Positions 21,807 through 32,686 of a DNA stretch of 64,000 nucleotides are shown here, piece by piece; the first letter of the stretch is position 1, and every line of letters begins with the position of its first letter. The DNA comes from Candidatus Caldifonticola tengchongensis. GTDB lineage: Bacteria > Sysuimicrobiota > Sysuimicrobiia > Sysuimicrobiales > Sysuimicrobiaceae. The translations under genes were made by a program, and so were the position numbers. Below the pieces are notes generated by a model, which searched no databases, was not told where the DNA came from, and saw only the letters and a list, made by a program, of their open reading frames with translations. The stretch spans positions 57,861 to 121,860 of the forward strand of contig JAVKGX010000003.1 in NCBI GenBank assembly GCA_031432545.1, in the 5' to 3' direction.

Positions 21807-21809
21807 CCC

Positions 21810-22865
21810 GTGGACGCGCGCATCCTCCTCCTGCCCGGGGACGGGATCGGCCCGGAGGTGGTGGGGCAAGCGGTCCGTGTGCTCGACGCCGTCGGACAGC
21901 GCTACCGGCACTGCTTCACCCACCGTACGGAACTCATCGGCGGCGAGGCCATCGACCGGTACGGCGACCCCCTTCCGGGCCCGACCCGCGACGCGCTGCG
22001 GGACTGCGACGCGATCCTCCTGGGTGCGGTGGGAGGCCCTCGTTGGGATCAAGTCCCGGTGCGGCCGGAGTCCGGGTTGCTCGCGTTGCGCTATGAACTC
22101 GGGGTGTACGCGAATCTCAGGCCCGCCACCTTGCTGGACGGCCTGGAGACCGCCTCACCCTTGCGCCCTGAGGTGGTTCGGGGTACGGACTTCCTCATCG
22201 TCCGCGAGCTCACGGGCGGACTTTACTTTGGCCAACCCAAGACCCGCGACATTCACCGAGCGGTGGACACCATGGCGTACACCGCTGCAGAGGTGGAGCG
22301 GGTAGCCCGGGTCGCCTTCGGTGCGGCGCAGGCACGCCGAAGGCGGGTGCACTCCGTGGACAAGGCGAACGTGCTCGAGACCTCGCGGCTTTGGCGCGAG
22401 GTGGTGACCCGCGTGAGCCAGGAGTTCCCGGACGTGACGTTGGAAAACCTGCTGGTCGACACCTGCGCCATGCAGCTGGTGCGCCGGCCCACCGCGTTCG
22501 ACGTGATCCTCGCCGAGAACACCTTCGGGGACATCCTGAGCGACGTAGCCGCGGCCGTGGTGGGTTCCATCGGAATCCTCCCCTCGGCCAGCCTCGGGGA
22601 CCGACCGCCGTTTCTGTACGAGCCGGTTCACGGATCGGCCCCCGACATCGCGGGACGTGGGGTCGCCAACCCGCTGGGCGCCATCCTGAGCGCCGCGCTG
22701 ATGCTTCGGTACTCGTTCGGCCTTGAAGCAGAGGCGCGCGCGGTGGACGAGGCGGTGCGTGCAGTGGTGCGGGAAGGGATTGCCACTCCCGATCTAGGCG
22801 GCGGAGCCCGGACCGACGAGGTGGGGGTTGCGGTAGCGAACCGCGTGCTCCACCTGGCGGGCTAG
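21810..22865 (+). CDS. leuB: 3-isopropylmalate dehydrogenase
   Basis: GTG 21810 ([17 protein letters not shown]). IDH/IMDH signatures; 351 aa. Confidence 0.92.
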   Translation: MDARILLLPGDGIGPEVVGQAVRVLDAVGQRYRHCFTHRTELIGGEAIDRYGDPLPGPTRDALRDCDAILLGAVGGPRWDQVPVRPESGLLALRYELGVYANLRPATLLDGLETASPLRPEVVRGTDFLIVRELTGGLYFGQPKTRDIHRAVDTMAYTAAEVERVARVAFGAAQARRRRVHSVDKANVLETSRLWREVVTRVSQEFPDVTLENLLVDTCAMQLVRRPTAFDVILAENTFGDILSDVAAAVVGSIGILPSASLGDRPPFLYEPVHGSAPDIAGRGVANPLGAILSAALMLRYSFGLEAEARAVDEAVRAVVREGIATPDLGGGARTDEVGVAVANRVLHLAG

Positions 22866-22995
22866 ACACCGCGGCGTAACCCTTTACGGCCAAGGTACGG
22901 CCAGCGGTGCTGGCATTCCCTTTTCACGCAGCCCGTACGGTGCTGCCGGCGGATGCGCCGAAAGGGTTGACAGGAGCAGGCAAGGAGGTGGCGCC

Positions 22996-24660
22996 GTGCG
23001 GAGCGACGCGCTCAAGTCCGGGGTGCCCCGGTCGCCGGCCCGTGCGATGCTGCGGGCCGTGGGTCTACATGACGAAGACTTCCAGCGGCCCTTCGTGGGC
23101 GTGGTCAACACGTGGACGGACGGGATGCCGTGCAACTTCCACCTGCGGGAGCTGGCGGACGACTTGCAGATGGGGCTACGAGACGCGGGTGTGCTGGGGT
23201 TTCAGTTCGGCGCCCCGGCCGTAAACGACGCCATGGCGATGGGGACGGAGGCGATGCGCGCCAGCCTCATCAGCCGGGAAGTGGTGGCGGATGCGGTAGA
23301 GGTGGTAGCCCGCGGGTACCTGTACGACGGGATGGCCGTGCTGGTCGGGTGCGACAAGACCATCCCAGGCGGGGCCATGGGAGTGATCCGCAGCGGTGTT
23401 CCGGGCATCGTGCTGTATGGCGGCACCGTCGCCCCGGGCGTCCTCGGCGGCCGGAAGCTGACCATCGTGGATGCCTTCGAGGCGGTGGGCAAGTTCAGCG
23501 CGGGTCAGATGGGTCGGGAGGAGTTCGAGGCGGTGGAGCGGCGCGCGGTGCCGGGTCCGGGGGCGTGCGGAGGGCAGTACACCGCCAACACCATGGCCCT
23601 CGTGCTGGAGGCGTTGGGGTTGTCCCCAATGGGGTACAACGCCATTCCCGCCACCGTCCCCGAGAAGAAGGAAGCTACTCGCAGAGCCGGGGCGGTTTTG
23701 GCGGAAGCTGTACGTGCGGGGAGGGCGCCGCGCGAGTACCTGACTCGCGGTTCTTTCTTGAATGCCGTCGCGACGGTGGCGGCAACGGGAGGTTCCACCA
23801 ATGCGGTGCTGCACCTGCTCGCGCTGGCCCTCGAGCTGGGGATCCCACTGGAGCTGGACGACTTCGACCGGGTGTCGCGCCGCACACCAGTGATCGCCGA
23901 TTTGCGGCCGTGGGGCACCTACACGGCCTGGGAACTGTACGAGGCCGGCGGAACGCGCCTCGTGTTCCGCCGGATGTTGGAAGGCGGGCTGCTCGATGGC
24001 GACCAGAAGACCGTCACCGGCCGAACCCTCGCCGAAGAGGCGGGCGACGCGCAGGGGGCGCCCGGCCAGTCGGTCGTGTGGTCTGCCCACAGGCCGGTGA
24101 AGCGGCACGGGGGTCTGGCGATCCTTCGCGGTTCCCTGGCACCCCGGGGCGCGGTGATCAAGGTCGCGGGCACCGAACGCATGCAGTTCCATGGGCCCAC
24201 TCGTGTCTTCGACGGGGAGGCCGACGCGCTCCATGCGGTCTTGGAAGGACGGATCCGGCCCGGTGACGTGGTGGTCATCCGCTACGAAGGTCCCAAGGGG
24301 GCACCCGGGATGCCCGAGATGCTGTCGGTGACCGCCGCGTTGGTCGGGCGCGGCCTCGGCCCCGACGTGGCGCTGGTGACGGACGGGCGGTTCTCCGGCG
24401 GTACACGGGGGTTGATGGTGGGGCACGTGGACCCCGAAGCGCAGGTGGGTGGGCCCATTGCGTTGGTCCGAGACGGCGACCCCATCGTCGTCGACGTGGA
24501 GAGCAGGCGGTTGGATGTGGACGTACCACCCGAGGAGCTGGAGAGGAGGAAGCGGGACTTCGTGCCACCGGCGCCGCGCTATCGTGTCGGCCTGTTCGGC
24601 CGCTATGCGGCCCTCGTGGGGTCCGCCTCGGAGGGCGCGATCCTGCGCGTGGAGCCGTGA
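22996..24660 (+). CDS. ilvD: dihydroxy-acid dehydratase
   Basis: GTG 22996 with RBS caaggagg. ILVD/EDD family motifs (CDKTIPG, ...[11 protein letters not shown]...). 554 aa. Confidence 0.95.
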   Translation: MRSDALKSGVPRSPARAMLRAVGLHDEDFQRPFVGVVNTWTDGMPCNFHLRELADDLQMGLRDAGVLGFQFGAPAVNDAMAMGTEAMRASLISREVVADAVEVVARGYLYDGMAVLVGCDKTIPGGAMGVIRSGVPGIVLYGGTVAPGVLGGRKLTIVDAFEAVGKFSAGQMGREEFEAVERRAVPGPGACGGQYTANTMALVLEALGLSPMGYNAIPATVPEKKEATRRAGAVLAEAVRAGRAPREYLTRGSFLNAVATVAATGGSTNAVLHLLALALELGIPLELDDFDRVSRRTPVIADLRPWGTYTAWELYEAGGTRLVFRRMLEGGLLDGDQKTVTGRTLAEEAGDAQGAPGQSVVWSAHRPVKRHGGLAILRGSLAPRGAVIKVAGTERMQFHGPTRVFDGEADALHAVLEGRIRPGDVVVIRYEGPKGAPGMPEMLSVTAALVGRGLGPDVALVTDGRFSGGTRGLMVGHVDPEAQVGGPIALVRDGDPIVVDVESRRLDVDVPPEELERRKRDFVPPAPRYRVGLFGRYAALVGSASEGAILRVEP

Positions 24661-24841
24661 AGCCGCAGGTTCGCCACACGTGGCTTCGCGTCGCGTGCCG
24701 GGCTCTGCTGCTCGCGCGGCGCTGGCTGAAAGACGACCGCAACCCCCCGATGCGGAGTTGCCCACGTGTGACCATTGGGTCGGGCGGTGGGCCTCAGTCC
24801 TTTCGACCGCCACAGACGGGGTATGATGGCAGCGAGCGCCG

Positions 24842-25729
24842 ATGCCGGAGATCGTTGACAGCCACGTTCACTTGGTCACGCCGGGGATGGTACGCCGGTA
24901 CGCATCGCGCCCGCTGCCGATCCGGCAACGGGCGCTGGAGGCGGCGCAGGCGCACCGGATGAGGCGGCTGGGGGATGTGGGTGAGGAGTCGATCGCCGAG
25001 ATCGCCGCGCGCTGGCAGCGGGAGCTCGACGCGCACGGCGTGGCGGCGGCCTTCTTCATCGCGGTGGGCGAGGCCAACGAGGAACTCGCCGAGTTCGTCT
25101 CGCTCAACCCGAACCGGTTCTTCGGCTGGGGAAGCGTCGCCGATCCGTTGCATCCGGACGCCGCGCGCACCGTAGCACGCTTCCCACAGTGGGGCCTGCG
25201 GGGCCTGAAGCTCTACCCGCCGGTGCAGCGGTTCGACGCAAGCGACCGTGCTTTGTTCCCGCTCTACGAGAAGGCGGCCGAGCTCGGTCTTCCGGTGCTG
25301 TTTCACTTTGGGATCACGGTGGCCCCGCTGTACGACCTCAGGTACGCGAACCCCCTCAACCTATCGGCCGCGCTCAAGCAGTTCCCGGACGTGACGTTCG
25401 GGATTGCCCACTTCGGAGCGGGGTTCCTGCGGGAGACGCTGTTTTTGGCCTACCACACCGACAACGTGTTCGTGGACACCTCAGGCACGAACAACTGGCG
25501 CGAGTACCACCCAGGCAACCCCTCGCTGGAGTCGGTGTTCTCCGACGCACTGCGCGCGTTCGGACCGCAGCGTGTACTGTTTGGCACCGACACCGCGGTC
25601 GGTCCCTATCGCGGCCACATCCTCCGGGAGCAGGTGGACATCCTGCAGCGCCTGGAGCTCTCCGAAGCGGACCGTGCCCTGGTACTCGGCGGCAACGCCA
25701 GGCGCCTGTTCCGCATCGGCGGAGGGTAG
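24842..25729 (+). CDS. amidohydrolase-2 family metal-dependent hydrolase (TIM barrel)
   Basis: N-terminal DSHVHL metal-binding motif and later HFG/HFGAG histidines. 295 aa. Confidence 0.75.
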   Translation: MPEIVDSHVHLVTPGMVRRYASRPLPIRQRALEAAQAHRMRRLGDVGEESIAEIAARWQRELDAHGVAAAFFIAVGEANEELAEFVSLNPNRFFGWGSVADPLHPDAARTVARFPQWGLRGLKLYPPVQRFDASDRALFPLYEKAAELGLPVLFHFGITVAPLYDLRYANPLNLSAALKQFPDVTFGIAHFGAGFLRETLFLAYHTDNVFVDTSGTNNWREYHPGNPSLESVFSDALRAFGPQRVLFGTDTAVGPYRGHILREQVDILQRLELSEADRALVLGGNARRLFRIGGG

Positions 25730-25740
25730 ACGGCCGTCCC

Positions 25741-26697
25741 TTACGGCACCATCAGGTACTGCAGGGTGAACGGCGACACCGCGCGGCCGGGTGCGGTGGG
25801 CCGCGGAGGCCAAGCAGCAAGCCCTACCAGTGCCTGGAGCAACCCGCCGGGCGGATACTCCACGACACGCGCCCGATCCAGGTTCGTCCGCCGGAGGGCC
25901 TCAGCCAAGGCTTGGGGAAACTGCCCCAGGCTGTCCACCAGACCCGCTCGCAGCGCCTGCCGCCCGGTCAAGATGCGCCCGTCGGCGAACTGCAGCACGC
26001 GGGAGCGATCCATGCGGCGGCCCTCGGCGACCACGTCCACGAACCGCTGGTAGATCTCGTCCACGAGCCCGCGGAACAGCGCGGCCTCCTCGGGTGTGAT
26101 GGGGCGGTTGGGGTTGCCCATGTCTTTGAACCGCCCGCTCTTGAACACCACTGCCCGGATGCCGATCTTGCGGTTGAACTCCTCCAGGTTGGGCAGCGCC
26201 ACGATCACGCCGATGCTGCCGGTGATCGTGGACGGATCGGCGACGATGTGATCGGCGGCCGCGGCGACGTAGTAACCGCCCGAGGCCGCGGTCTCGGTCA
26301 TCCGCGCGATCACCGGCTTGCCGGCCCGGCGCAGCGAGGCGACCTTCGCGTGGATCTCGGCGCTTGCGACGACCGATCCACCCGGCGTGTTGAGTTCGAG
26401 GATCACCGCCTTGACCGCTGAGTCGCGCTCGGCGCGGTCGAGGAGCTCGACGATCTGCCGGCTGGAGGCGACCGGCCCGAAGACGGACATGCCGCCCTCG
26501 CGGACGATCGGCCCCGTAATCCGGATCAGCGCGATCTTGTCGGGCCCCTCACCGCTGACGTGACGTTCCTGTGCGGGGCCACCCCCGGCCAACCCCGCGC
26601 CTGCCACCAGCCCCAGGCCCGCGCCCACGACCATCGCAGCTCCCAGAGCCACGAGTGCCAAAACCACTCCGACGACGACCGCCACCGTCTGTCGCAT
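25741..26697 (-). CDS. sppA: signal peptide peptidase SppA (36K type)
   Basis: ClpP/crotonase-like S49 domain (ELNTPGGSVVASAEI..., TAASGGYYVAAAADHI). Start placed at the ATG at 26695-26697 (MRQTVAVVVG TM anchor) with SD GGGGGUGA. The longer track ORF extends to 26772. Confidence 0.85.
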   Translation of the reverse strand: MRQTVAVVVGVVLALVALGAAMVVGAGLGLVAGAGLAGGGPAQERHVSGEGPDKIALIRITGPIVREGGMSVFGPVASSRQIVELLDRAERDSAVKAVILELNTPGGSVVASAEIHAKVASLRRAGKPVIARMTETAASGGYYVAAAADHIVADPSTITGSIGVIVALPNLEEFNRKIGIRAVVFKSGRFKDMGNPNRPITPEEAALFRGLVDEIYQRFVDVVAEGRRMDRSRVLQFADGRILTGRQALRAGLVDSLGQFPQALAEALRRTNLDRARVVEYPPGGLLQALVGLAAWPPRPTAPGRAVSPFTLQYLMVP

Positions 26698-26778
26698 TCC
26701 GTCACCCCCGTCGATGTGACTGCCCGCGATCGATCTTCGTGAATCCCCCTTCGGTTGCCTGTCGGCCTTCACCGAGGT

Positions 26779-26817
26779 TTAACGCCGTGTCAACTGCGCC
26801 TTATCGCGCGGTGTGTA
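26779..26817 (+). promoter_or_regulatory. Pho-box-like 11-bp periodic direct repeats upstream of pstS (first copy)
   Basis: TTAACG(26779) / TCAACT(26790) / TTATCG(26801) / TGTGTA(26812), spaced exactly 11 bp, 38 nt upstream of the pstS ATG. Resembles PhoP/PhoB-type TT(A/T/C)ACA repeat arrays. Confidence 0.5.
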
Positions 26818-26854
26818 GCCTTGAAAGCAAACGGAGCGCAGGAGGCTAGCAAAG

Positions 26855-27994
26855 ATGCATCGCGCAGGTCGAATGCGCAGGTGGGCAGTTGGGGTCGCAT
26901 CGATCGCTGTCGTGGCGCTGGCGTCGGGCGTGGGCGCGCAGGGCCGTCCCGGGGGTACGACAAGCCCGCCGGGCACGATCGTCGTGGACGGCTCGAGCAC
27001 GGTGGCACCGATCACGAGCGCGATCGCCGAAGAGTTCGTCAAGACACCGCAAGGGCGCGGCGTCCGGATCACCGTGGGGGTCAGCGGCACGGGTGGGGGG
27101 TTCAAGAAGTTCTGCGCCGATAGCCCCCAGTCCCGTACCGACATCTCGAATGCGTCGCGGCCGATCCAGGCGACCGAAGACGAAGCGTGCCGTCGTCATC
27201 AAGTGAGCTACACGGAAGTGCCGGTCGGCATCGATGGACTGGCGGTGGTCGTGCACCCACGCAACACCTGGGCGACGTGCCTGACCGCGGGCGAACTGCG
27301 TCGGATTTGGGAGCCGGCGGCGGAACGACAGATCACCACCTGGCGTCAGGTGCGGCGCTCGTTCCCCGACCGCCCCCTGCGCCTGGCCGGGCCCGGCGCA
27401 GACTCAGGGACGTTCGACAGTTTCACGGAGGTGATCGTAGGCAAGGCGAAGTCGAGCCGGGGTGACTACCAGGCGAGCGAGGACGACAACGTCCTCGTGC
27501 AGTTCGTCCAGCGGGACGAGGGCGCGCTGGGGTACTTCGGCTTGGCCTATCTGGAAGAGAATCTGGGGCGGATCAAGGGCGTGGCCATCGATCCCAGCGA
27601 CAAGGTGGACCTCACGAGCGACAGCGAGTGTCAGGGTGTGGGCCCGACGTTCGAGAACGTCCTCGCGGGCCGGTACCGGCCACTCACGCGTCCGCTGTTC
27701 ATCTACGTGAACCGGGTGAGCGCGCAGACCAAGCCCGAGGTGCGCACGTTCGTCAACTACTACATCGGCCCCGACGGCGTCCGCCGCCAGGTCGACGACC
27801 CGCGTACAAGGGGCGCCAAGACGCCCCTGATCCGGGCGGTCGGCTACGTCGAGTTTCCCGCTGAGGTGTACACGCTGGCAGCCCGGTGCTTTGCGATGCT
27901 GCGCGCGGGGACCGCATTCACCCGGGATGGTCGCCCTGCTGGTTCGGCGTCGGTGGGAGACGTGGTGCAGCGGTACCGTCAGCGCTGTCGTTGA
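26855..27994 (+). CDS. pstS: phosphate ABC transporter substrate-binding protein PstS (paralog 1)
   Basis: 379 aa with signal peptide. PstS family ([20 protein letters not shown]). Confidence 0.9.
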   Translation: MHRAGRMRRWAVGVASIAVVALASGVGAQGRPGGTTSPPGTIVVDGSSTVAPITSAIAEEFVKTPQGRGVRITVGVSGTGGGFKKFCADSPQSRTDISNASRPIQATEDEACRRHQVSYTEVPVGIDGLAVVVHPRNTWATCLTAGELRRIWEPAAERQITTWRQVRRSFPDRPLRLAGPGADSGTFDSFTEVIVGKAKSSRGDYQASEDDNVLVQFVQRDEGALGYFGLAYLEENLGRIKGVAIDPSDKVDLTSDSECQGVGPTFENVLAGRYRPLTRPLFIYVNRVSAQTKPEVRTFVNYYIGPDGVRRQVDDPRTRGAKTPLIRAVGYVEFPAEVYTLAARCFAMLRAGTAFTRDGRPAGSASVGDVVQRYRQRCR

Positions 27995-28008
27995 CGGGCT
28001 GGGGCGCG

Positions 28009-28045
28009 GGTGGGAGGTCCCCTTGAGCCTCCCACCTTTCGGCTT
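28009..28045 (+). terminator. hairpin (ggtgggagg / cctcccacc, 10-nt loop) plus TTTCGGCTT after pstS paralog 1
   Basis: Perfect 9-bp GC-rich stem 28009-28036 followed by a U-rich tract, 15 nt after the pstS stop. Confidence 0.5.
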
Positions 28046-28054
28046 AGCCGTTTC

Positions 28055-28082
28055 TTAACGGTTCCTTATGGTGTTCCCAACG
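28055..28082 (+). promoter_or_regulatory. Pho-box-like 11-bp periodic direct repeats upstream of pstS (second copy)
   Basis: TTAACG(28055) / TTATGG(28066) / CCAACG(28077), the same periodicity and core as the site at 26779-26817. Confidence 0.45.
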
Positions 28083-28095
28083 ACCTCGTGGAACC

Positions 28096-29238
28096 GTGGG
28101 TGTCGTGCGACTCGCCGTGCTGGCGCTCGTGCTCGCTGTGGCAGGCTGCGGGCCCACGGGGCTCCGCCGCGCCGCTCCGGCCGACGTGCCGCCAGGGGGG
28201 ACCGCGAGCCCGCCGGGGACCATTGTGATCGATGGGTCCAGCACGGTGGCGCCGCTGACGGGTGCGGTCGCCGAGGAGTTCCGCAAGACCTCGCAGGGTC
28301 GCGACGTGCGGGTGACGGTCGGCGTCAGCGGCACGGGCGGAGGGTTCAAGAAGTTCTGCGCGGCCAGCGCGACGTCGCGCACCGACTTCCAGGGAGCCTC
28401 TCGGCCGATTCGCGCGGAGGAAGACGAAGCGTGTCGCCGAAACCAGGTGGCCTACATCGAGATCCCCGTCGCGATCGACGGCCTGGCCGTGGTGGTCCAC
28501 CCGCAGAACACGTGGGCGCGCTGCCTTACGGTGGGCGAACTTAGACGGATCTGGGAGCCGGGCGCTGAGGGACGCGTGACGAGCTGGAAGCAGGTACGGC
28601 GCACGTTCCCCGATCGACCCCTGCGGCTGGCAGGCCCGGGCGCAGATTCCGGCACGTTCGACTCGTTCACCGAGATCGTCGTCGGCACCGCGAAGGCGAG
28701 CCGGGGCGACTACCAGGCGAGCGAGGACGACAACGTCATCGTGCAGTTTGTGCAGCGGGACGTCGGGGCCCTCGGGTACTTCGGCCTGGCATACCTCGAG
28801 GAAAACGTGGGTCGTGTGAAAGGGGTGGCGATCGATCCCGCCGATGAGGTGGACCTGGCTTCCGACGCCGACTGCCGGGGCGTGGAGCCCACGTTCGACG
28901 CCATCCTCTCTGGCCGGTACCGGCCGCTGACGCGTCCTTTGTTCCTCTACGCCAACCGAGTCAGCGCGCAGATCAAGCCCGAGGTCGGGGAGTTCGTCGA
29001 CTACTACATCGGCCCCGATGGCCTGCGCGCCCGGGTTCCCGATCCCAGAAGCCCTGCGTCGGAGACGAAGCTGGTGAGGGCGGTCGGCTACGTGGAGTTC
29101 CCAGACGAGATCTACGACCTGGGACGGAGGTGCTTCGACGCAGGGGTCGTCGGCACTGCGTTCCAGGATCGAGGCCAACCGGCGGGCTCGGCGACCGTCG
29201 GCGATGTGGTCCGCGAGTACCGGCGACGCTGCCGATGA
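28096..29238 (+). CDS. pstS: phosphate ABC transporter substrate-binding protein PstS (paralog 2, lipoprotein)
   Basis: About 70-75% identical to the upstream copy. Lipobox LAVAGCG. GTG 28096; GTG 28105 ([15 protein letters not shown]) is an alternative start. Confidence 0.88.
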   Translation: MGVVRLAVLALVLAVAGCGPTGLRRAAPADVPPGGTASPPGTIVIDGSSTVAPLTGAVAEEFRKTSQGRDVRVTVGVSGTGGGFKKFCAASATSRTDFQGASRPIRAEEDEACRRNQVAYIEIPVAIDGLAVVVHPQNTWARCLTVGELRRIWEPGAEGRVTSWKQVRRTFPDRPLRLAGPGADSGTFDSFTEIVVGTAKASRGDYQASEDDNVIVQFVQRDVGALGYFGLAYLEENVGRVKGVAIDPADEVDLASDADCRGVEPTFDAILSGRYRPLTRPLFLYANRVSAQIKPEVGEFVDYYIGPDGLRARVPDPRSPASETKLVRAVGYVEFPDEIYDLGRRCFDAGVVGTAFQDRGQPAGSATVGDVVREYRRRCR

Positions 29239-29281
29239 GGGTTGCCGCCCCGGAGAGCGTGATTTCGTGGCTTCGGTTCCC

Positions 29282-30271
29282 ATGACCCGGAAGAAGCGGC
29301 GCGTCGGCGAGCGTCTGATCGAGTCGGGTCTCGCCGTGTGCGGATTGTGGTCGATCCTCATCACCCTGAGCATCGTCGGTGTGCTGTTGTTCGAGACGGT
29401 TGCGTTCTTCCGCTTGCCCATCGAAGCCACCAACCCCGAGATCGTCTCCCGCCGTGCCGATCTGCAGCGATTCGCCGAGGCGCGTCCGGACCTCGTAGGC
29501 CGACCGCTCGCTTTGGTCCGGGAGTTCTTCACAGAGACCACCTGGAGCCCGCTGTTCAGCAACAAGCGGTTCGGGATCCTGCCGCTGGTGGCGGGTACGG
29601 TGCTAACGAGTTTGATCGCGCTGCTGGTTGCGGTCCCGATCGGGCTGCTGGCGGCGACCTATCTCAGCGAGTTCGCGTCCGCGCGCACGCGAGCCCGGGT
29701 CAAGCCGGTTCTGGAGATCCTCGCCGGCGTTCCGACGATCGTATACGGGTACTTCGCGCTGACGTTCGTGACGCCCCTGCTGCAGGACTACGTCTTCGGG
29801 CAGGCGATGGCCGGGCAGAACGCGCTGTCCGCCGGTCTGGTGATGGGCGTGATGATCCTGCCCCTGGTGGCTTCGCTCAGCGAAGACGTGATGCGGGCGG
29901 TGCCTGTCGACCTGCGACATGGTGCCTACGCACTGGGTGCGACCCGCATGGAGGTGGCGGTGCGCGTCGTGCTGCCGGCCGCGCTGTCCGGCATCGCCGC
30001 GGCGTGCATCCTGGCACTGTCGAGGGCGGTGGGCGAGACGATGATCGTCGCGCTGGCCGCCGGGCAGACGCCCAACTGGACGTTCAATCCCTTGGAGACC
30101 GTGTCGACGATCACCGCATTCATCGTCCAGGTGAGCCTGGGCGACACGCCCTACGGGTCGGTTGAGTACCGCACGCTGTTCGCGGTCGGGATGGTGCTGT
30201 TCCTGATGACCCTGGCGATGAACATCGTCAGCTATCGTATCGTGCGGCGCTTCCAGGAGGTGTACCTGTGA
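29282..30271 (+). CDS. pstC: phosphate ABC transporter permease PstC
   Basis: ATG 29282 ([12 protein letters not shown]). Multi-TM with the EAA-type loop ([18 protein letters not shown]). Confidence 0.88.
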   Translation: MTRKKRRVGERLIESGLAVCGLWSILITLSIVGVLLFETVAFFRLPIEATNPEIVSRRADLQRFAEARPDLVGRPLALVREFFTETTWSPLFSNKRFGILPLVAGTVLTSLIALLVAVPIGLLAATYLSEFASARTRARVKPVLEILAGVPTIVYGYFALTFVTPLLQDYVFGQAMAGQNALSAGLVMGVMILPLVASLSEDVMRAVPVDLRHGAYALGATRMEVAVRVVLPAALSGIAAACILALSRAVGETMIVALAAGQTPNWTFNPLETVSTITAFIVQVSLGDTPYGSVEYRTLFAVGMVLFLMTLAMNIVSYRIVRRFQEVYL

Positions 30272-31155
30272 GTGTCGTCGCGGCCGTCGGAGACGATGCG
30301 CTGGCCGCGCGTCTGCGTCGGCGGCAGCACGTGGCCAGGCTGTTCGTGGCCAGCTGCCAGGCTGCGACGCTGTTCGGCCTCCTGTTCTTGGCGGTGCTGC
30401 TGGTCGACGTGGTGCGGGCCGGGGCTCCTTACGTCCGACCGGAGCTGGTCACCAACTTCCCGTCGCGCTTCCCAGATCGTGCCGGATACCTGAGCGCGTT
30501 GGTCGGCACGGTGTACGTGGCCGGACTCATGGCGGTGCTGACATTCCCGGTGGCGATCGCCGCCGCGGTCTACCTCGTGGAGTACGCGCCGCGCGGCCGC
30601 CTCAGCACGCTCCTCCAGATCAACATCGCCAACTTGGCGGGGGTGCCCTCGATCATCTACGGGCTGCTGGGCCTGGGCCTGTTCGTGGAGTTCCTCAGGA
30701 TGGGCAAGAGCGTGATGGCGGGAGCACTTACGCTGGGGCTGCTGGTGCTGCCGATGGCGATGATCGCGTCGCGCGAGGCGATCGCCAGCGTCCCGTACTC
30801 GATGCGGGAGGCCGCCTACGCGCTCGGGGCCACGCGGTGGCAGGTGATCCGGCACCACGTCCTGCCCTACGCGATGCCCGGCATCCTCACCGGCACGATC
30901 CTGTCGCTGTCGCGGGCGGTGGGCGAGACCGCGCCGCTCATCATGCTCGGCGCCCTCCAGTACGTGCCGTTCCTACCGGACAGCGTATGGGACTTCTTCA
31001 CCGTGCTTCCGATTCAGATCTTCAACTACGTCTCGCTGCCGCAGCCGGAGTTTCGCCGGGTCGCGGCAGCGGGCATCATCCTGCTGCTGGCCATCCTGCT
31101 GACGCTGAACGCCGCAGCCATTTGGCTGCGCAATCGGTCACAAGTCCGCTGGTGA
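30268..31155 (+). CDS. pstA: phosphate ABC transporter permease PstA
   Basis: GTG 30268 overlaps the pstC stop. Multi-TM; [18 protein letters not shown]. Confidence 0.88.
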   Translation: MSVVAAVGDDALAARLRRRQHVARLFVASCQAATLFGLLFLAVLLVDVVRAGAPYVRPELVTNFPSRFPDRAGYLSALVGTVYVAGLMAVLTFPVAIAAAVYLVEYAPRGRLSTLLQINIANLAGVPSIIYGLLGLGLFVEFLRMGKSVMAGALTLGLLVLPMAMIASREAIASVPYSMREAAYALGATRWQVIRHHVLPYAMPGILTGTILSLSRAVGETAPLIMLGALQYVPFLPDSVWDFFTVLPIQIFNYVSLPQPEFRRVAAAGIILLLAILLTLNAAAIWLRNRSQVRW

Positions 31156-31163
31156 GGGAGACG

Positions 31164-31982
31164 ATGCGACAAGCCGTGGGCGTCCGTCCCAGCCTCGAGG
31201 TCGTGCACAGGGCACCGACGGTAACCGAGCCGGTGCTGCAGGTGCGTGACCTCCGTCTGTGGTATGGGGATGTCTTGGCGCTGCGGGGCGTGACGCTCGA
31301 CATCTCGTCGCAGCGCATCACAGCCATCATCGGACCGTCCGGTTGCGGCAAGAGCACCCTGGTCCGCTCTCTGAACCGAATGAATGACCTCATCCCGGGA
31401 GTCCGGATCGCGGGTACCGTGCTGTTCCGGGGACAAGACATCTACGCCGGGGACGTCGACCCCGTCGAAGTGCGTGTCCGGATCGGCATGGTGTTCCAGA
31501 AGCCCAACCCGTTTCCCAAGTCGATCTACGAGAACGTGGCGTTCGGGTTGCGTCTGCACAGCCGGCTGTCCCGCCGTGAACTCGACGAACGCGTGGAGCG
31601 GGCGCTGCGGAACGCCGCCCTGTGGGACGAGGTGAGAGACGTGTTGCACACCAAAGGCGGGTTGGAGCTGTCGGGGGGACAGCAGCAGCGGCTGTGCATC
31701 GCGCGAGCTCTGGCGGTCGAGCCGGAAGTCCTCCTGATGGACGAGCCGTGCTCCGCGCTCGATCCGGTCTCCACGGCGCGCATCGAGGCGCTGATGGAGG
31801 ATCTCAAGAGGCACTACACGATCGTCATCGTGACCCACAACATGCAGCAGGCCGCACGGGTGTCGGACTTCACGGCGTTCTTGCTGAACGGTGAGCTCAT
31901 CGAGTTCGGGGCCACGGATGACATCTTCACCCGGCCGAAGGACAGCCGGACGGAGGACTACATCACTGGCCGGTTCGGGTAG
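31164..31982 (+). CDS. pstB: phosphate ABC transporter ATP-binding protein PstB
   Basis: ATG 31164 with RBS gagggag. Walker [10 protein letters not shown], signature LSGGQQQRL, Walker B LLMDEP. Confidence 0.92.
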   Translation: MRQAVGVRPSLEVVHRAPTVTEPVLQVRDLRLWYGDVLALRGVTLDISSQRITAIIGPSGCGKSTLVRSLNRMNDLIPGVRIAGTVLFRGQDIYAGDVDPVEVRVRIGMVFQKPNPFPKSIYENVAFGLRLHSRLSRRELDERVERALRNAALWDEVRDVLHTKGGLELSGGQQQRLCIARALAVEPEVLLMDEPCSALDPVSTARIEALMEDLKRHYTIVIVTHNMQQAARVSDFTAFLLNGELIEFGATDDIFTRPKDSRTEDYITGRFG

Positions 31983-32011
31983 CAGAGTTCCAGCAGACCG
32001 GAGGTGGCAGG

Positions 32012-32686
32012 ATGGCGCCCGAGGCCCGGCACATCCGCGAGTCGTACGACGAGGCCCTGCGGTCCCTCGAAGAGGACCTGGTCCGCATGGGCAGCATCGC
32101 CGGCGAGTTGATCCACCGGTCCATCGAAGCACTGAAGAAGCAGGACGTGCAGGAAGCCGAGGCCGTGGTCGCGGAGGACGACCGCGTGGACGCCATGCAC
32201 CTGGACATCGAGCGCCGTGTGGTCAAGCTGCTGGCGACGCAGCAACCGATGGCGCGCGACCTGCGGGTCCTGACGTCGGCGCTGGCCATCTCGATCGATC
32301 TGGAGCGGCTCGCCGACCACGCGGAGGCCATCGCCAAGGCCACCAAGCGGTTGAGCCGGGAACCGCTCCTCAAACCCCTGGTCGACATCCCGTACATGGA
32401 GCAGATCGTACAGGAGATGCTGCAGGATGCGCTGCGGGCGTTCGTACAGCGCGACGCGCAGCTGGCCGAAGCGCTGGCGGCGAAGGACGACACCGTGGAC
32501 GCGTTGCGGTCGCAGGTGTTCCGCGAGTTGCTGACCTACATGGCCGAGGACCCCCGCACGATCTCGCGGGGGCTGGACCTCATCCTGGTCACCCAGAACC
32601 TAGAGCGTGCCGCCGACCACGTGACGAACATCGCCGAGCGCGTGATCTACATGATCACCGGTGAGATGAAGGAGCTGAACGTGTGA
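32012..32686 (+). CDS. phoU: phosphate transport system regulator PhoU
   Basis: 224 aa with two PhoU repeats (E..D..xD motifs). Confidence 0.9.
   Translation: MAPEARHIRESYDEALRSLEEDLVRMGSIAGELIHRSIEALKKQDVQEAEAVVAEDDRVDAMHLDIERRVVKLLATQQPMARDLRVLTSALAISIDLERLADHAEAIAKATKRLSREPLLKPLVDIPYMEQIVQEMLQDALRAFVQRDAQLAEALAAKDDTVDALRSQVFRELLTYMAEDPRTISRGLDLILVTQNLERAADHVTNIAERVIYMITGEMKELNV

Noticed and set aside
26855-29238. Tandem pstS copies considered as a possible repeat or mobile-element signature.
   Set aside because: They are diverged paralogs (~70-75% aa identity) with their own regulatory sites and an intervening terminator. No IS, integrase or direct repeats flank them; this is an ordinary gene duplication.
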